64,000 nt of DNA, taken from assembly GCA_951406725.2 (NCBI GenBank), contig OX597821.1:82212001-82276000 (forward strand), given 5' to 3'. Below are positions 12,812 to 24,900 of the stretch, in pieces. The notes beneath the pieces were generated by a model. That model did no database searches and had not been told where the DNA came from. It saw nothing but the letters and a program-made list of their open reading frames with translations. The stretch comes from Octopus vulgaris. Its lineage: Eukaryota. The position numbers and the translations under genes are program-made. Numbering within the stretch: the stretch's first letter is position 1; the number at the start of each line of letters is the position of its first letter.

Positions 12812-13615
12812 ATATATTATAAAAGCTATCTCTAAAGTGCTGAATACCCTGAATGAATACATTTCTGTTAAGGCTGTTAATTTGAGTCTGAAACAATTTG
12901 GTTTATTAAAAACAAAAATAAAAAGATTAATATCTTAAATGTGAATCAAACACTTCGCAATTTTGTCTTGTTTTGCTTGCCAGGAGAGTTTGCTGCCTTT
13001 CTATGGTGTACAAAGGGGATGGATGCTCATATATAAACATACATAAATTTCAATGAGTTTAATAAACAATCATAAGCATATGGTGCACTATCTAGGCAGT
13101 GCCATCAAGATTTCACCAAAAACTAAGAAAGTTTAGATAAAAAAAAAATGTAAAAGCAACAACATAAAAAAATAGCCTATAGTATGAACCAACCAAAAAA
13201 AGGACAAAAAAATATATATAAGATAATTTATTAGAAAAAAACACATTTTGTAAACATTTTTAACTAACAGTCTAAAAACAAAAATAGAGAAGATGGAAAA
13301 TAGAAAATGGAAAACAGAAAGTCAACAAAATAATACAAAACACCTAACAGCATAAAAAAACAAAAAACAAAAAACACCTGAAATATACAATCTTCTTGCA
13401 CTACCCACTTACTAGCACTTCAAGATCTCTAGCAAACCGTTTGTTGATCTGTTGGAATCGCCTTATTAGATGTAGAACATCCAAAAACATAAGATCACTG
13501 GGTAGGAAGGTATTTGATATCATTTCAAGAAACAGACAAACACACATATACACACATACAAAATATATATATATATATACTGGGAATAAACATTATATAT
13601 ATATATATATATATA

Positions 13616-13782
13616 TCATAATCATCATCATCATCATCATCATTTAATGTCCTCCTTCCATGCTGGCATGGGTTAGATTATTTGACAGGTGCTGGCCAAG
13701 CAGGAGCCTGTGCTATGATTCTGTGTCTGTTTTGGCATGGTTTTTATGGCTGGATGCTTTTCCTAACACCAACCACTCGACA
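13616..13782 (-). mobile_element. RTE 3' UTR fragment
   Basis: (CAT)n tail followed by TTTAATGTCC..CCATGCTGGCATGGGTT..GGATGC.TTCCTAACACCAACC. Confidence 0.75.
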
Positions 13783-13842
<60 letters not shown>

Positions 13843-14039
13843 TATAGATATATATGTATAAGTATATGTATATATGTATATATATATATATATGGCTATC
13901 TTCTTCCAGTCCCCTCCCCCACTCGTGATGTCCTACGTTTTATTTCCTACGAACCTGCATCAACCCTAGCTGTCATCGTTCCTCCTTACCCCAACCCTCC
14001 CCACTGGTGCTTCCCTATATTACCTGCACCCCCAAAAAG

Positions 14040-14343
14040 CACCATCCGAACGTGACCGATGCCAGCTCCGCCTTGGCTGGCTTCCGTGTCGCTGGCATGT
14101 TAAAAGCTCGAACCGATCGTGACCGATGCCAGACCCACCCTGGCACCTGTGCAGGTGGCACGTAAAAAGCACCCACTACACTCGTGGAGTGGTTGGCGTT
14201 AGGAAGGGCATCCAGCTGTAGAAACTCTGCCAGATCAGACTGGAGCCTGGTGCAGCCTCCTGGCTTCCCAGACCCCGGTCAAACCGTCCAACCCGTGCTA
14301 GCGCGGAAAACGGACGTTAAACGATGATGATGATGATGATGAT
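14040..14343 (+). mobile_element. RTE 3' UTR fragment, young (CpG-rich)
   Basis: Close match to the reverse complement of 23040-23300; (GAT)n tail. Confidence 0.88.
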
Positions 14344-14461
14344 ATATATATAATTATATGCATATATGAAAATATGTGTATTTAATTAAATTTGTGTGTG
14401 TGCATGTGTATGTGTGTGTATGCGTGTGTGTGTGTGTGAGAATGTGCATTTAAATATCTTT

Positions 14462-14915
14462 TATTTTTTGCTGGTTTCGATCATTGGGTTGTGGCCATGT
14501 TACAGCACTGTCTTCAAGGTTTTAGTGAAATGAACCAGCCTCAGTGCTCTTTTTAAAGCCTAGTACTTATTTCATCAGTCTCTTTGGCTGAATTGCTTAG
14601 TTACAGGGTTGTCAACAAACTAACAACAGGTGTCAATATGTGAGAGAAGAAACACAAAGCACCCCAAACCATATATACATATGTGTATGTTTGTGTGCAT
14701 GTGTGTGCATATATGTGTGCGTACATGTGTGTGTGTGTGTCTGTGTGAGTGTGTACAACAGGCTTCCCCACCCCTTCTACCCACCATATTTACTCATAAG
14801 TCATTTGTCAGCCTGGAGTTATTATAGAAGACACTTGAACAAGGTGATTTGCTGTGGGACTGAACCTGAAACTGCATGATTGCAAAGCAAGCTTCTTAAT
14901 CACACAACCATGCCA
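14462..14915 (-). mobile_element. SINE family A, diverged
   Basis: Collinear tail, microsatellite and head blocks. Confidence 0.7.
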
Positions 14916-14958
14916 ATATCTATCTATCTATCTGTCTAACTATTTATCATACATACAT

Positions 14959-15006
<48 letters not shown>

Positions 15007-15068
15007 ATATATATATATATGTATGTATATATATATATGTATGTATATATATATATATATATATATAT

Positions 15069-15393
15069 GTTTATTTATTTATTTTTTTTATTTATGCGCC
15101 CTTTTCAAGCCTAGCCAGGCTCATGGGCCTGGTTTCCTGGTTTCTGTGGCGTATGTGTTCCCCCCAGCTGGATGGGATGCCAGTCCATTGCAATGATACT
15201 CAAGAAACAGGAAGAGAGAGTGAGAGAAAGTTGGGGCGAAATAGTACAGCAGGGGTCGCTACCACCCCCTGCCGGAGCCTTGTGGTGCTTTAGGTGTTTT
15301 TGCCCAATAAACACACAACACCCAGTCTGGGAATCGAAACCGCGATCCTCTGACCGCGAGTCTGTTGCCCAACCACTGGGCCATTGCACCTCC
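15069..15393 (-). mobile_element. tRNA(Arg)-like SINE (head B + tail C)
   Basis: Minus strand GGAGGTGCAATGGCCCAGTGG...CAGACTCGCGGTCAGAGGATCGCGGTTTCGATTCCC has A/B boxes and a tRNA-Arg-like middle; tail C; (TAAA)n end; inserted in (TA)n. Confidence 0.85.
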
Positions 15394-15488
15394 CATATAT
15401 ATATATATATATATATGGTGAGAGAGAGTAAGAGAGAAAGAAAGGAGGGGTAGTAGGTTGATAAATACAATTAGGCTTGATATATATA

Positions 15489-16543
15489 TCAGGTCATCCA
15501 ATAAGTTCTGTCTGAATTTTGAATAAAGAAAACAAGTGATCAAATGTTATATTTAATTGAAATTTAATCATCAATGTACTTTCCCTGATTATCTATGACT
15601 TCCTTCAATCTATTTACAAGCTTTTTAATCCTATCAATGTAAAACTCCTTTGGTTTCAAAGTGAAGAACTCTGAAATGTCAGCTTCAACCTCCTCCCGGC
15701 TTGCGAAAGTTATGTCCCCCAAATAATTCTGCAAACTACGAAGCAAGTGGTAGTCTGAAGGAGCAAGGTTGGGAGAATAAGGTGGATGAGGAATTTTTTC
15801 CCAGCCAAGCTCTTCCATCTTCTGTGATGTGATCTTTACAGTGTGGGGTTGCACATTGTCCCGATGAAACATCACTCCTTTTCGATTCACTAAAGTGGGT
15901 CCTTTTTTCCTTCAAAGCTTTGGTCAAACGCTCTAATTGCTGACAGTAGAGTTGAGCATTGATTGTTGTATTAGGTGGTAACAATTCAAACTGAATTACT
16001 CCTTTGCAATCCCACCAGATAGAGAGAAGAACTTTTTTTCCATGAAGTTCCCTTCTTGGTTGTGGTTGAACAGTTGTATGGTTTGAACTAAGCTTTATTG
16101 CCAATTCTTCAACTAATAATGGAGGATTTTCTTCAAGTAATGCCTCAAGGAGCTTATCATCAAACTCAACTGGATGTCCTGTTTGATCTTCATCTTCAAG
16201 GCTGAAATCTCCACTTCTGAATTTTACAAACCATCTTCTGCAAATTCTTTCATTCAAGCATTTTTTCCATAAACTGAGTGTATGTTTCGAGTCGCTTCAG
16301 CTGCAGATTTTACCTTTTTTTTGTAAAATAAAGCATTATGTGCCTCGAATGCTCTTTGGATACTTTCATGTTATAAAGGGTTTTAATCAAAGAAATTTTA
16401 ATTCTATTATTCTGTAAAATGATATTTAATTAGTTTAAATGTACACAAATAATTTTTAATTTCATTAGACATTCTAAAATACTATTAAATTTCATTCAAT
16501 TTTAAAAAAGGTAAAATCAGACAGAACTTATGGGATGACCTGA
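15489..16543 (-). mobile_element. mariner element, internally deleted and frameshifted
   Basis: TIRs TCAGGTCATCC(A/C)ATAAGTTCTGTCTGA at both ends with TA flanks; transposase remnant 15564-16369. Confidence 0.95.
15564..16369 (-). pseudogene. mariner DD34D transposase pseudogene
   Basis: MKVSKEHSRHIMLY..., RWFVKFRSGDFSLED, KKVLLSIWWD, FHRDNVQPH, HPPYSPNLAPSDYHL. Frameshifted; the WVPHEL and first-Asp segment is deleted. Confidence 0.92.
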
Positions 16544-16774
16544 TAAATATACATGGAGAATAAAAACACAGAAAATAAAACTAGAGAAAAAAATATACAA
16601 AAAGAAATGTAATGTCATATCTTAACAGCTGTTTCAGGGAGCCAAGAGTTACATAATAATCATAACTTGCTGGTGATATATGCAAAAAAATCATAGGTAT
16701 ATAGGTGTGCAACTGATGACCAATCAGATGAAGCTATTACAGTACATCCAGTTTCCCTTTTAAAGACAAGATTC

Positions 16775-16825
<51 letters not shown>

Positions 16826-17665
16826 TGTGTGAAAAACTTATACATATATTCATACATCTTTAAATGTAGAAATAGGGAAAAAAGTACTCAATATTTATAG
16901 TAGAGTTTTATTATTCATTCAAAGCTGACGATTAATTTTGTTGATATTCTGAGTTTCTCTTTTTGTACATTTTTTCAGGTGAGAAGATAGATCTTGTTAC
17001 CTGAATGAATTCACAAGGAAACAAACTTGGAGTAGCAATGGGATGAATCATCAGCTTAGGATAAATACACACACACACATACACACACACACATGCACAC
17101 ACACATGCATGCATATATATGCATGCCTATATATATATAAACATATATATATATATATATATTTCCACATATATATATATAAGTATACATATAGATATAA
17201 ATATACATATATACATAAATATATATCATCATATTTGTGTGTGTGTGTATACACATATATACTTATATAGTTCTGTGTGTATGTGGATGTATGTGTGAGT
17301 ATCTGGGCCTATGTGTGTGTACACGTGTATTGCACACACTGCTTATAACACAAAATTCACATAGTTGTGGGTCACATGACAGAAATGTACACATTTATAG
17401 AGCATTATAAGCATACACATATGTAGAAGGACAGATAGTCACAGGAACAGGTGAATGCCACCACACTGCACTTGTTTATATTAAATAACACACAAATACA
17501 CAATCAAACACACACAAGCATACACACTGACACATAGACATATGCACACAACAGACACCCACATACATATAGAAAGAAGAGTGTAATCTTATATATAAAC
17601 ATATATATACTCACACATCCTATACCTTTTGTTTAGATACAAACGCACAACCATATTTATACAAC

Positions 17666-17706
<41 letters not shown>

Positions 17707-17914
17707 AAGTGGGAGAGAGAAAGAGAGAGAGAGAAACAAAGAGAGAGAAAGAAGGAAAGAGACGTTATACAGGTGAGTAGACATACTTAGAACTGACAAA
17801 TAAATAGTAAGTTAAATTAAGTAACAGGTGCCAAAATGAAACATATTCTGGTAGACACTTGTCATAGAATATTGAGGTTATCATAGTCTAGTTTTATGGA
17901 TGAAGATGAAGCTG

Positions 17915-18840
17915 TTTGGAGGTGGTGGTGATGCTGCTGACGCTGCTGGTCCTGATAATGGTAATGGTGGCTGTGGTAGTCATGGTGATGGTGACGGTGG
18001 TTTTGGCATTAGTGGCAGTGGTAGTGGTGGTGATGGTGGCAGTGGTGGTAATAGGGGGAGTTATCTTGATGGTTGTTGAGATATTGGTGGTGGTTGTGGT
18101 GATGAGAGGGGAGGGTATGTTGATGGTTGTTTGTTGAGGTACAGGTGATAGTGGTAGTGGTAGTGGTGGTGGTAGTGTTGGCAGCGGCAGAGTGGGTAGT
18201 GGTTGTGGCAGTGGTCAAGAAGGTCATTGTGCTGCTGGTAATGGCGAAAGTTGCAGTGGTATTTGTGACGTAAGTGGTGACGGTGATGGCGGTAGTAATG
18301 GCTGTAGCGGTATCGGTGGTGGTAGTTGTGGTGATAGTGGTGAGTTTGAGGGTTTGTGGTGATTGCTATGAGAGCATTGGATGTTGCTGGTGCTTGTAGT
18401 TGTGGTTGTAGTGATGTGATTGTGGTGGTAGTGGTAGTGTTGTAACAGGCATGATTAGAGTAGTGGTGATGTAGGTGATGATGATGGTGACTGCGGTGAT
18501 GGTAGTCATGGTGATGGCAATATGATGGTAATGTCAGTCTTGAGGCTGATGATGATGATGATGACAACGATGATGATGGTGGTGGTAGTGGTGGTGGTGG
18601 TGATGTGGTGGTGGTGGTGGTGATGCGGTGGTAGTGGTGGTGGTAGTGATGTGGTGGAGGTAGTAGTTGTGGCAGTGGCTGCGGTGGTGGTGATGATAAC
18701 GACAATGATAATGATGGTGATGATGATGATAATGATGATAATGATGATGGTGGTGGTGGTGGTGGTGGTGGTGTGGTGATGCTAATAATGGTGCAGTTGT
18801 GGCGGTTGTAGTGGCAGTGGTTGCTGGGATGATGGTATGA
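17915..18840. repeat. GGT/GAT trinucleotide-rich low-complexity tract
   Basis: Degenerate (GGT)n/(GAT)n; source of the His/Thr/Val-rich ORFs. Confidence 0.9.
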
Positions 18841-19123
18841 AAAAAAACACAAATACCATGGTTTGTAGGTGTGGAAGCAATAACCGAAATGAAGTTATAA
18901 TAAGGCTGACACCAATTCTTGCACTAACATATCTGGCAGATAAACAACAACAGTCACAGAAGCAGCAGCAACAATAAGGACAACAATAACAACAACAACA
19001 ACTGCAATAAAAAATAAGAATAGTAGCACTATCAACAACTTAGAGCCTGTGCCTTGTTGCTTGAAATAGCAGCTTTCAATATTATTACATCCTACATACT
19101 GTCTTAAAAAAGTAGGACATACT

Positions 19124-19551
19124 CAGGGTCGGATTAAGACCCATCGAGGCCCTAAGCACTTAAAAGATTTTGGTGCCCCCATAAAAGATTATGGAATTCA
19201 AAATATAAACAATAACAAACCATAAAATAAATTTCATTTTTCAAAATCAAACAAAATAGTAAGAGGGAAAATATTGTTTGTTTTTGCATATTTCCACTTA
19301 ATTTATATTTGAAAAGTTTCCTCCTACTTTTTCGAATTGCAAAGTCTTTGATTAGATCCTCAAAATTAATCTTAGGTAACACATCTGCTTTTATACTCAG
19401 TAGAGATAAAGGCATCCTGAATATTATTTTAGCAAGTTTAAAGTGATTTTCTTTTGTGCTGTAAACCATTTACTATTTCTGTGGTACCCTCTCTCCTTCC
19501 CTTGGTGTCCTAAGCACATGTTTATTTTGCTTAATGATTAATTCAGTGCTG
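19124..19551 (-). mobile_element. hAT non-autonomous derivative with transposase C-terminal remnant
   Basis: Ends CAGGGTCGGATTAA / TTAATTCAGTGCTG (degenerate TIR); flanks GACATACT / GACATTAC as a decayed 8-bp TSD; peptide LSLLSIKADVLPKINFEDLIKDFAIRKSRRKLF resembles the end of hAT transposases. Confidence 0.7.
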
Positions 19552-19571
19552 GACATTACACTCCTTAACAA

Positions 19572-19790
19572 AAGGCATAAATTGGCAGAACTGTTAGCAC
19601 GCTGAACAAAATACTATGTGGCATTTCGTATGCTTTTATGTTCTGAATTCAAATTCTGCTGAGGTTGACTTTGTCTTTCATCCTTTTGGGGGCTGATAAA
19701 ATAAATACCAGTTGATCACTGGGGTCGATGTAATCAACTTGCACTCTTCCTCAAAACTGTTGGCTTTGACCCAAAATTTGAAATAAATAT
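19572..19790 (+). mobile_element. SINE family F
   Basis: GGCAGAACTGTTAGCACG...GAGGTTGACTTTGTCTTTCATCC...GATAAAATAAATACCAG. Confidence 0.75.
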
Positions 19791-19809
19791 TATTACATCC
19801 TACATAATA

Positions 19810-20115
19810 GGTGCATAGCTCAGTGGTTAGAGCGTCGAACTTACAATCATGAGGTAGTAAGTTTGATTCCTGGACCGGGCTGTGTGAACAAAGACACTTT
19901 ATTTCACATTGCTCCAGTTCACTTAGTTGCAGAAATGAATTGCAATGTCACTAGTTCCAAGCTGTATTGGCCTTTACTGTTGCCTTGGTGGCATGGAGAG
20001 AGGAAACTGGTATGCATGGGCAGCTGCTGGTCTTCTGTAAACAACCTTGCCCAGACTTGTGTCTCAGAGAGTAACTTTCTAGGTCATTTATGACAAAGGA
20101 GATCTTTACCCTTTT
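19810..20115 (+). mobile_element. SINE (head 1 + tail D) with 9-bp TSD
   Basis: A box TAGCTCAGTGG, B box GTTTGATTCC, tail D; TACATAATA at 19801-19809 and 20116-20124. Confidence 0.9.
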
Positions 20116-20167
20116 TACATAATATCTTAAAAAAGTAAAACATATTCAACAATTAGTCCCTTATAAA

Positions 20168-20385
20168 AGGCAGCAAGTTAGCAGAATTGTTAGCACATCA
20201 GACAAAATGCTTAGCAACTTTTTTGGGGGGTACTTTACATTCTGAGTTCAAAGTTCAAATCTTGCTGAGGTCAACTTTGCTTTTCATCCCCTAAGGAATA
20301 ATAGGATAAAGTACCAGCCAATTACTGAGGGTTGACGTGACTTTTCCCTCTTCTCAAACATACTGGCCTTGAACCCTATATCAGA
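20168..20385 (+). mobile_element. SINE family F, diverged
   Basis: Collinear with 19572-19790. Confidence 0.65.
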
Positions 20386-21199
20386 CGGGATCCCTTTCAA
20401 GAGCAATGTTGTAATCTCAGTAACTCATAAGTCATGGAAACCAGGTAACTGACCTTATGAGTCCCTCATAAGCGGAGGGAACAGATGATGATGATGGTGG
20501 TGGTGGTGGTGGTGGTGATGACGACGACGATGATAATGATGGTGATGATGAGGATAATGATGATGGTGGTGGTGGTGGTGGTGGTGGTGATGCTAATAAT
20601 GGTTTGTAGATGTGGAATGCTTTTGCTCATGTGATGGCAGTTGATCTTCCGAATCAAACCAAGCAAACAGTATTTACATTGGTGTCTCAGATTTCTAATA
20701 CTTTCTGTCAATCACAATCCTTTACAGAAATCATCATTTTATGGGGATCAAGGGTGGAATTTGAACTCAGAATTATCAGAGCTGAAACAGATTGCAAGGC
20801 ATCTTGCCCACTATTCTGATACTTCTACCAATCCACTACCCAAGACTGCGGCAATTTTTTTCTTTTTGTCAACTTTGACCTCAGTAGTAGCTGAATTCAG
20901 AGTGCAGGTTATTTATCATCATCATCATCATATTCATTTTACATTCATCTTCCATTCTGGCATGGGTTAGACAGTTTGACAGGAGCTGGCAAGTTAGAGG
21001 AATATACCAAGTTCCGATTGTCTGTTTTGCAGCTATCACCACTGCTCAGAAACAATTGCTGCAATTTGTAAATAAAGCTTGTTTGTATTCCTCTTCTACT
21101 TGTATAAATTTATACACACAAACATACTCACAAACATACATACATACATATTATACATACATATATACATACATACATGCATAGATACAAACATAACCA

Positions 21200-21521
21200 G
21201 TAAAGGTTCAGCCATGAGTGATCATGAAATTGCACCTATAAGGTTACCCACCATGGCAAAAGTCCAAGCAAGGTTGTGTGGAAGACCAGCAGCCACCCAT
21301 ACATACCGGTTTCCTCTCTCCAAAACACTGATGTTATCCAAAGGAGAGGCAAAGGCCAATACAGCTTGGCACCAATGACATTGCAACTCATTTCTACAGA
21401 TGAATGAACTGGAGCAATGTGAAGTAAATTGTCTTGCTCAAGAACACAACTCATAACTCAGTCTGAGAATCAAATTCATGATTGTGAGCCTGATGCTTTA
21501 ACGACTGAACCATGCACCTTC
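21200..21521 (-). mobile_element. SINE (head 1 + tail D)
   Basis: Reverse-complement match to 19810-20115. Confidence 0.8.
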
Positions 21522-21691
21522 ACACACACACACACACACACACATACTCATACACTCACACACATGCACATATGTACGTACAGTTTGATCTGAATGCTTA
21601 AGGCATCCAAGGATCACACAGTTGTGGTGTTAGGCACTGAAACAGAGTCAGAAGGACAATAGACAGAAAACAGACTGAGAGAGTGGACAGT

Positions 21692-21857
21692 TATCATCAT
21701 CATCATCATCATCGTTTAATGTCCGCTTTCCATGCTAGCATGGGTTGGACGATTTTGACTGAAGGCTGGCGAACAAGATGGCTGTACCAGGCTCCAATCT
21801 TGATTTGGCAGAGTTTCTGCAGTTGGATGCCCTTCCTAACGCCAACCACTCCGAATC
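21692..21857 (-). mobile_element. RTE 3' UTR fragment
   Basis: (CAT)n tail plus the conserved 3' end; abuts a diverged family-A SINE (about 21860-22325). Confidence 0.85.
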
Positions 21858-23037
21858 ATTTACTTGTTCTAATTATTGGATTGTGGCCATACTGGGGTTC
21901 TACCTTGAAGGGTTTCAGTTGAACAAATCAACACCAGTACTTATGTTTTTTATTTTCTTTTCAACTGGTACTTATTCAGTTGGTGTGTTTTGTCGAACTG
22001 CTAAGTTACAAAGACATAAACAAATCAACACTAGTTGGTGGGAACGAAGGACAAATACAGACACACATATGTGGATATATATCATCATCATCGTCATCAT
22101 CATCATCATCATCATCAAACATCCTTGCTGGCATGGGTTGGATGCTTTGACAAAATCCGATGAGCTACAGGCTTCCACACAGTTTCAGTCAGCCAGATTC
22201 CTTTATCGGTCATTGTTGGCCAGGAGCTAATAATATGAGACACTTGTGCAATGTGCCACACAGTGGGGCTGATCCTGAAACCATGTGGTTACAAAGTAAG
22301 CTTCTTAACCGCATAGCCATGTCTGTATTTACAAGTAACTTTTCATTGAATGTATGAAGAAATGTAAGCTTGACATAAAAGCAGATTGGAACACAAGCAA
22401 GGTGGCATTTGTTACGTTCCAGTATTCCATAGTATAACTAAAACAATCATTACTCTTTACTTCTGCTCTGTAAAATTGATAAATTGCTTGGTTACATTGC
22501 AGTACTGGAATGAATTAGATGCAAATTAGGTTTTGATGTGTTTTTAGACAGAAGTTGATTTAATCAGACAGCATGGAAACTAAATTTATGGTATTATGTG
22601 ACATACAATGTGAAGTAAGCTGCCAGCAAGCTGTGATTCCAACATGGTTTTAATCTGCAGTCAAAGTCATGTCACTTCTGTTTTAGTGCTAATTATTTTA
22701 ATAAAGGCATAAACATCACAGTCTATCATATTCTTTTTCTTGAAATTATGAAATTATATAGATCTTTTATGATTATTTAAAAGAAACGAAACCTGCATAG
22801 CATAAAAAATGTGATGGAGATGGAAGCAGGGGAGAAGAGCCAACAAGATCAACAGAAAATCATAAATTATTTATTAATAAGAATAATTCAAAAAATAGAC
22901 ATTTTGTAATATGGAGCATATTTGGATAACTTAACTGGAATATTGAATAATTGATCCAGTAACTAGTCTGTTAGTATTACTAAACAACAACAATAATAAT
23001 AATAATGAGCCAACAACAGGACCTCTATGCAGTAACA

Positions 23038-23068
<31 letters not shown>

Positions 23069-24610
23069 GTTTAACGTCCGTTCTCCATGCTAGCATGGGT
23101 TGGACGGTTCGACCGGGGATCTGGGAAGCCAGAAGGCTGCACCAGGCTCCAGTCTTATCTGGCAATGTTTCTACAGCTGGATGCCCTACCTAACACCAAC
23201 CACTCCGTGAGTGTAGTGGGTGCTTTTTACGTGCCACCTGCACAGGTGCCAGGCGAGGCTGGCAACGGCCACAGTCGGATTGGTGTATTTTACGTGCCCC
23301 CGGCACGGAGGCCAGTCGAGGCGGCGCTGGCATTGGCCACGAGTCGGATAGTGCTTTTTACATACCACCAGACCAGGGATCCTGGCTGGTTCAATTCGAT
23401 TTCGATTTCGCTTGCCCCAACATGTCTTCGCAAGCAAAGGGGGTTGGCATGGGTGCCTGTCGTCGGATGAGGTTCTATATCGACTTCGCTTGCCTCAACA
23501 GGTCTTTGTGTCCAAGGGAGGAAAGGCATGCATAAGTGGGCTGGGTTCACTTGACCTGCTTGGTCTTCTCACATACAGCATATTTCCAAAGGTCTCGGTC
23601 GCTGGTCATTTCCTCAGTGAGGCCTAAAGTTCGAAGGTCGTGCTTCACCACCTCGTCCCAGGTTTTCCTGGGTCTACCTCTTCCACGGGTTCCCTCAACT
23701 GCTAGGGATTGGCACTTTCTCACACACCTATCTTCATCCATTCTCGCCACATGACCATACCAGCGCAATCGTTTCTCTTGCACACCACAACTGATGCTTC
23801 TTAGGTACAACATTTCTCTCAAGGTACTAACGCTCTGTCGAGTATGTACACTGACATTACACATCCATTGGAGCATACTGGCTTCATTCCTCACAAGCTT
23901 ACGCATGTCCTCAGCAGTCATGGCCCATGTTTCACTGCCATGTAGCATGGCTGTTCGTACACATGCATCATACAGTCTGCCTTTTACTCTGAGCGAGAGG
24001 CCTTTAGTCACCAGCAGAGGTAAGAGCTCCCTAAACTTTGCCCAGGCTATTCTTATTCTAGCAGTTACACTTTCAGCGCACCCACCCCCACTACTGACTT
24101 GGTCACCTAGATAACGGAAGCTATCAACTACTTCTAGTTTTTCCCCCTGGAAAGTGACGGAAGTTGTTTTCTGCAGATTTTCGGAGGTTAATGCTCCCGA
24201 GCATCTGCCACATACAAAAACTATCTTCCCAGTTAGTCTACCTTTGACATTGCTGCACCTCTTATGTGTCCATAGCTTACACTGGGTACATCTTATAGAG
24301 TTTCTACCTACACCTTTTCTACAGATCGAGCAGGGCCATCTTCCTGAAGACATTTGTGGATTGTCTACCTTCCTACTTATTACGACTTTGGGTTTAGCTA
24401 GATTGACTCTAAGGCCCCTCGATTCTAGACCCTCCTTCCACACCTGGAACTTCTCCTCCAGTTCTGATAGTGACTCAGCAATTAGAGCAAGGTCGTCAGC
24501 ATAGAGGAGCTCCCAGGGGCAACCTGTCTTGAATTCCTCCGTAATTGCCTGGAGGACTATGATAAATAGGAGGGGGCTGAGTACTGAACCCTGGTGGACC
24601 CCAACCTCTC
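23038..24610 (-). mobile_element. 5'-truncated RTE-clade LINE
   Basis: Open RT frame, about 500-bp 3' UTR and (GAT)n tail; no TSD found. Confidence 0.95.
23547..24608 (-). CDS. partial RTE reverse transcriptase with inserted PHD-type zinc finger (5'-truncated, 353 uninterrupted codons)
   Basis: The frame extends upstream of the listed ORF: EVGVHQGSVLSPLLF...LLYADDLAL...GLRVNLAK, then a Cys-rich insert, then SFRYLG, LHGSETW, RLRWYGHVARM and RGRGRPRKTW, which are typical RTE C-terminal motifs. Confidence 0.92.
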   Translation of the reverse strand, partial: EVGVHQGSVLSPLLFIIVLQAITEEFKTGCPWELLYADDLALIAESLSELEEKFQVWKEGLESRGLRVNLAKPKVVISRKVDNPQMSSGRWPCSICRKGVGRNSIRCTQCKLWTHKRCSNVKGRLTGKIVFVCGRCSGALTSENLQKTTSVTFQGEKLEVVDSFRYLGDQVSSGGGCAESVTARIRIAWAKFRELLPLLVTKGLSLRVKGRLYDACVRTAMLHGSETWAMTAEDMRKLVRNEASMLQWMCNVSVHTRQSVSTLREMLYLRSISCGVQEKRLRWYGHVARMDEDRCVRKCQSLAVEGTRGRGRPRKTWDEVVKHDLRTLGLTEEMTSDRDLWKYAVCEKTKQVK

Positions 24611-24759
24611 TGTTAGAAATAACAGTGAAACCTGCTCTAAGTCACAGTTTACTGCTTAAAAAAAGAAAGAACATATTGGATGATATTGTTATATTGACCA
24701 GACTTTTTGATGTTTTTATACATATCTGATCACAATATGCTCCCAGTTCTTACTTGATT

Positions 24760-24900
24760 CTTTTCCATCTTGGCCCAAATTGTTTGACTAAATCATCTTC
24801 CCATTGTTATGGAGGCCTTCCAAGTAGCCTTTTCCAATCTTTTGGATACCACATGCCAATGCACAGGTCCACCTGTTGTCTGCAAACCTTATGACTTGAA
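24760..24900 (-). pseudogene. degenerate C-terminal fragment of a second RTE-clade LINE
   Basis: The minus strand reads, with a frameshift and a stop, ADNRWT..WYPKDWKRLLGRPP*QWEDDLVKQFG, like the RTE D.RW...W.P...R..GRP..RW.D motif. Confidence 0.55.

Noticed and set aside
15320-15393. tRNA gene (also the heads at 19810, 51409, 59150 and 62650)
   Set aside because: A and B boxes are present but there is no acceptor stem, and each continues into a SINE body.
18061-18852. 263-aa His/Pro/Ser/Thr-rich ORF
   Set aside because: Trinucleotide low-complexity DNA, open in several frames, with no domain or splice context.
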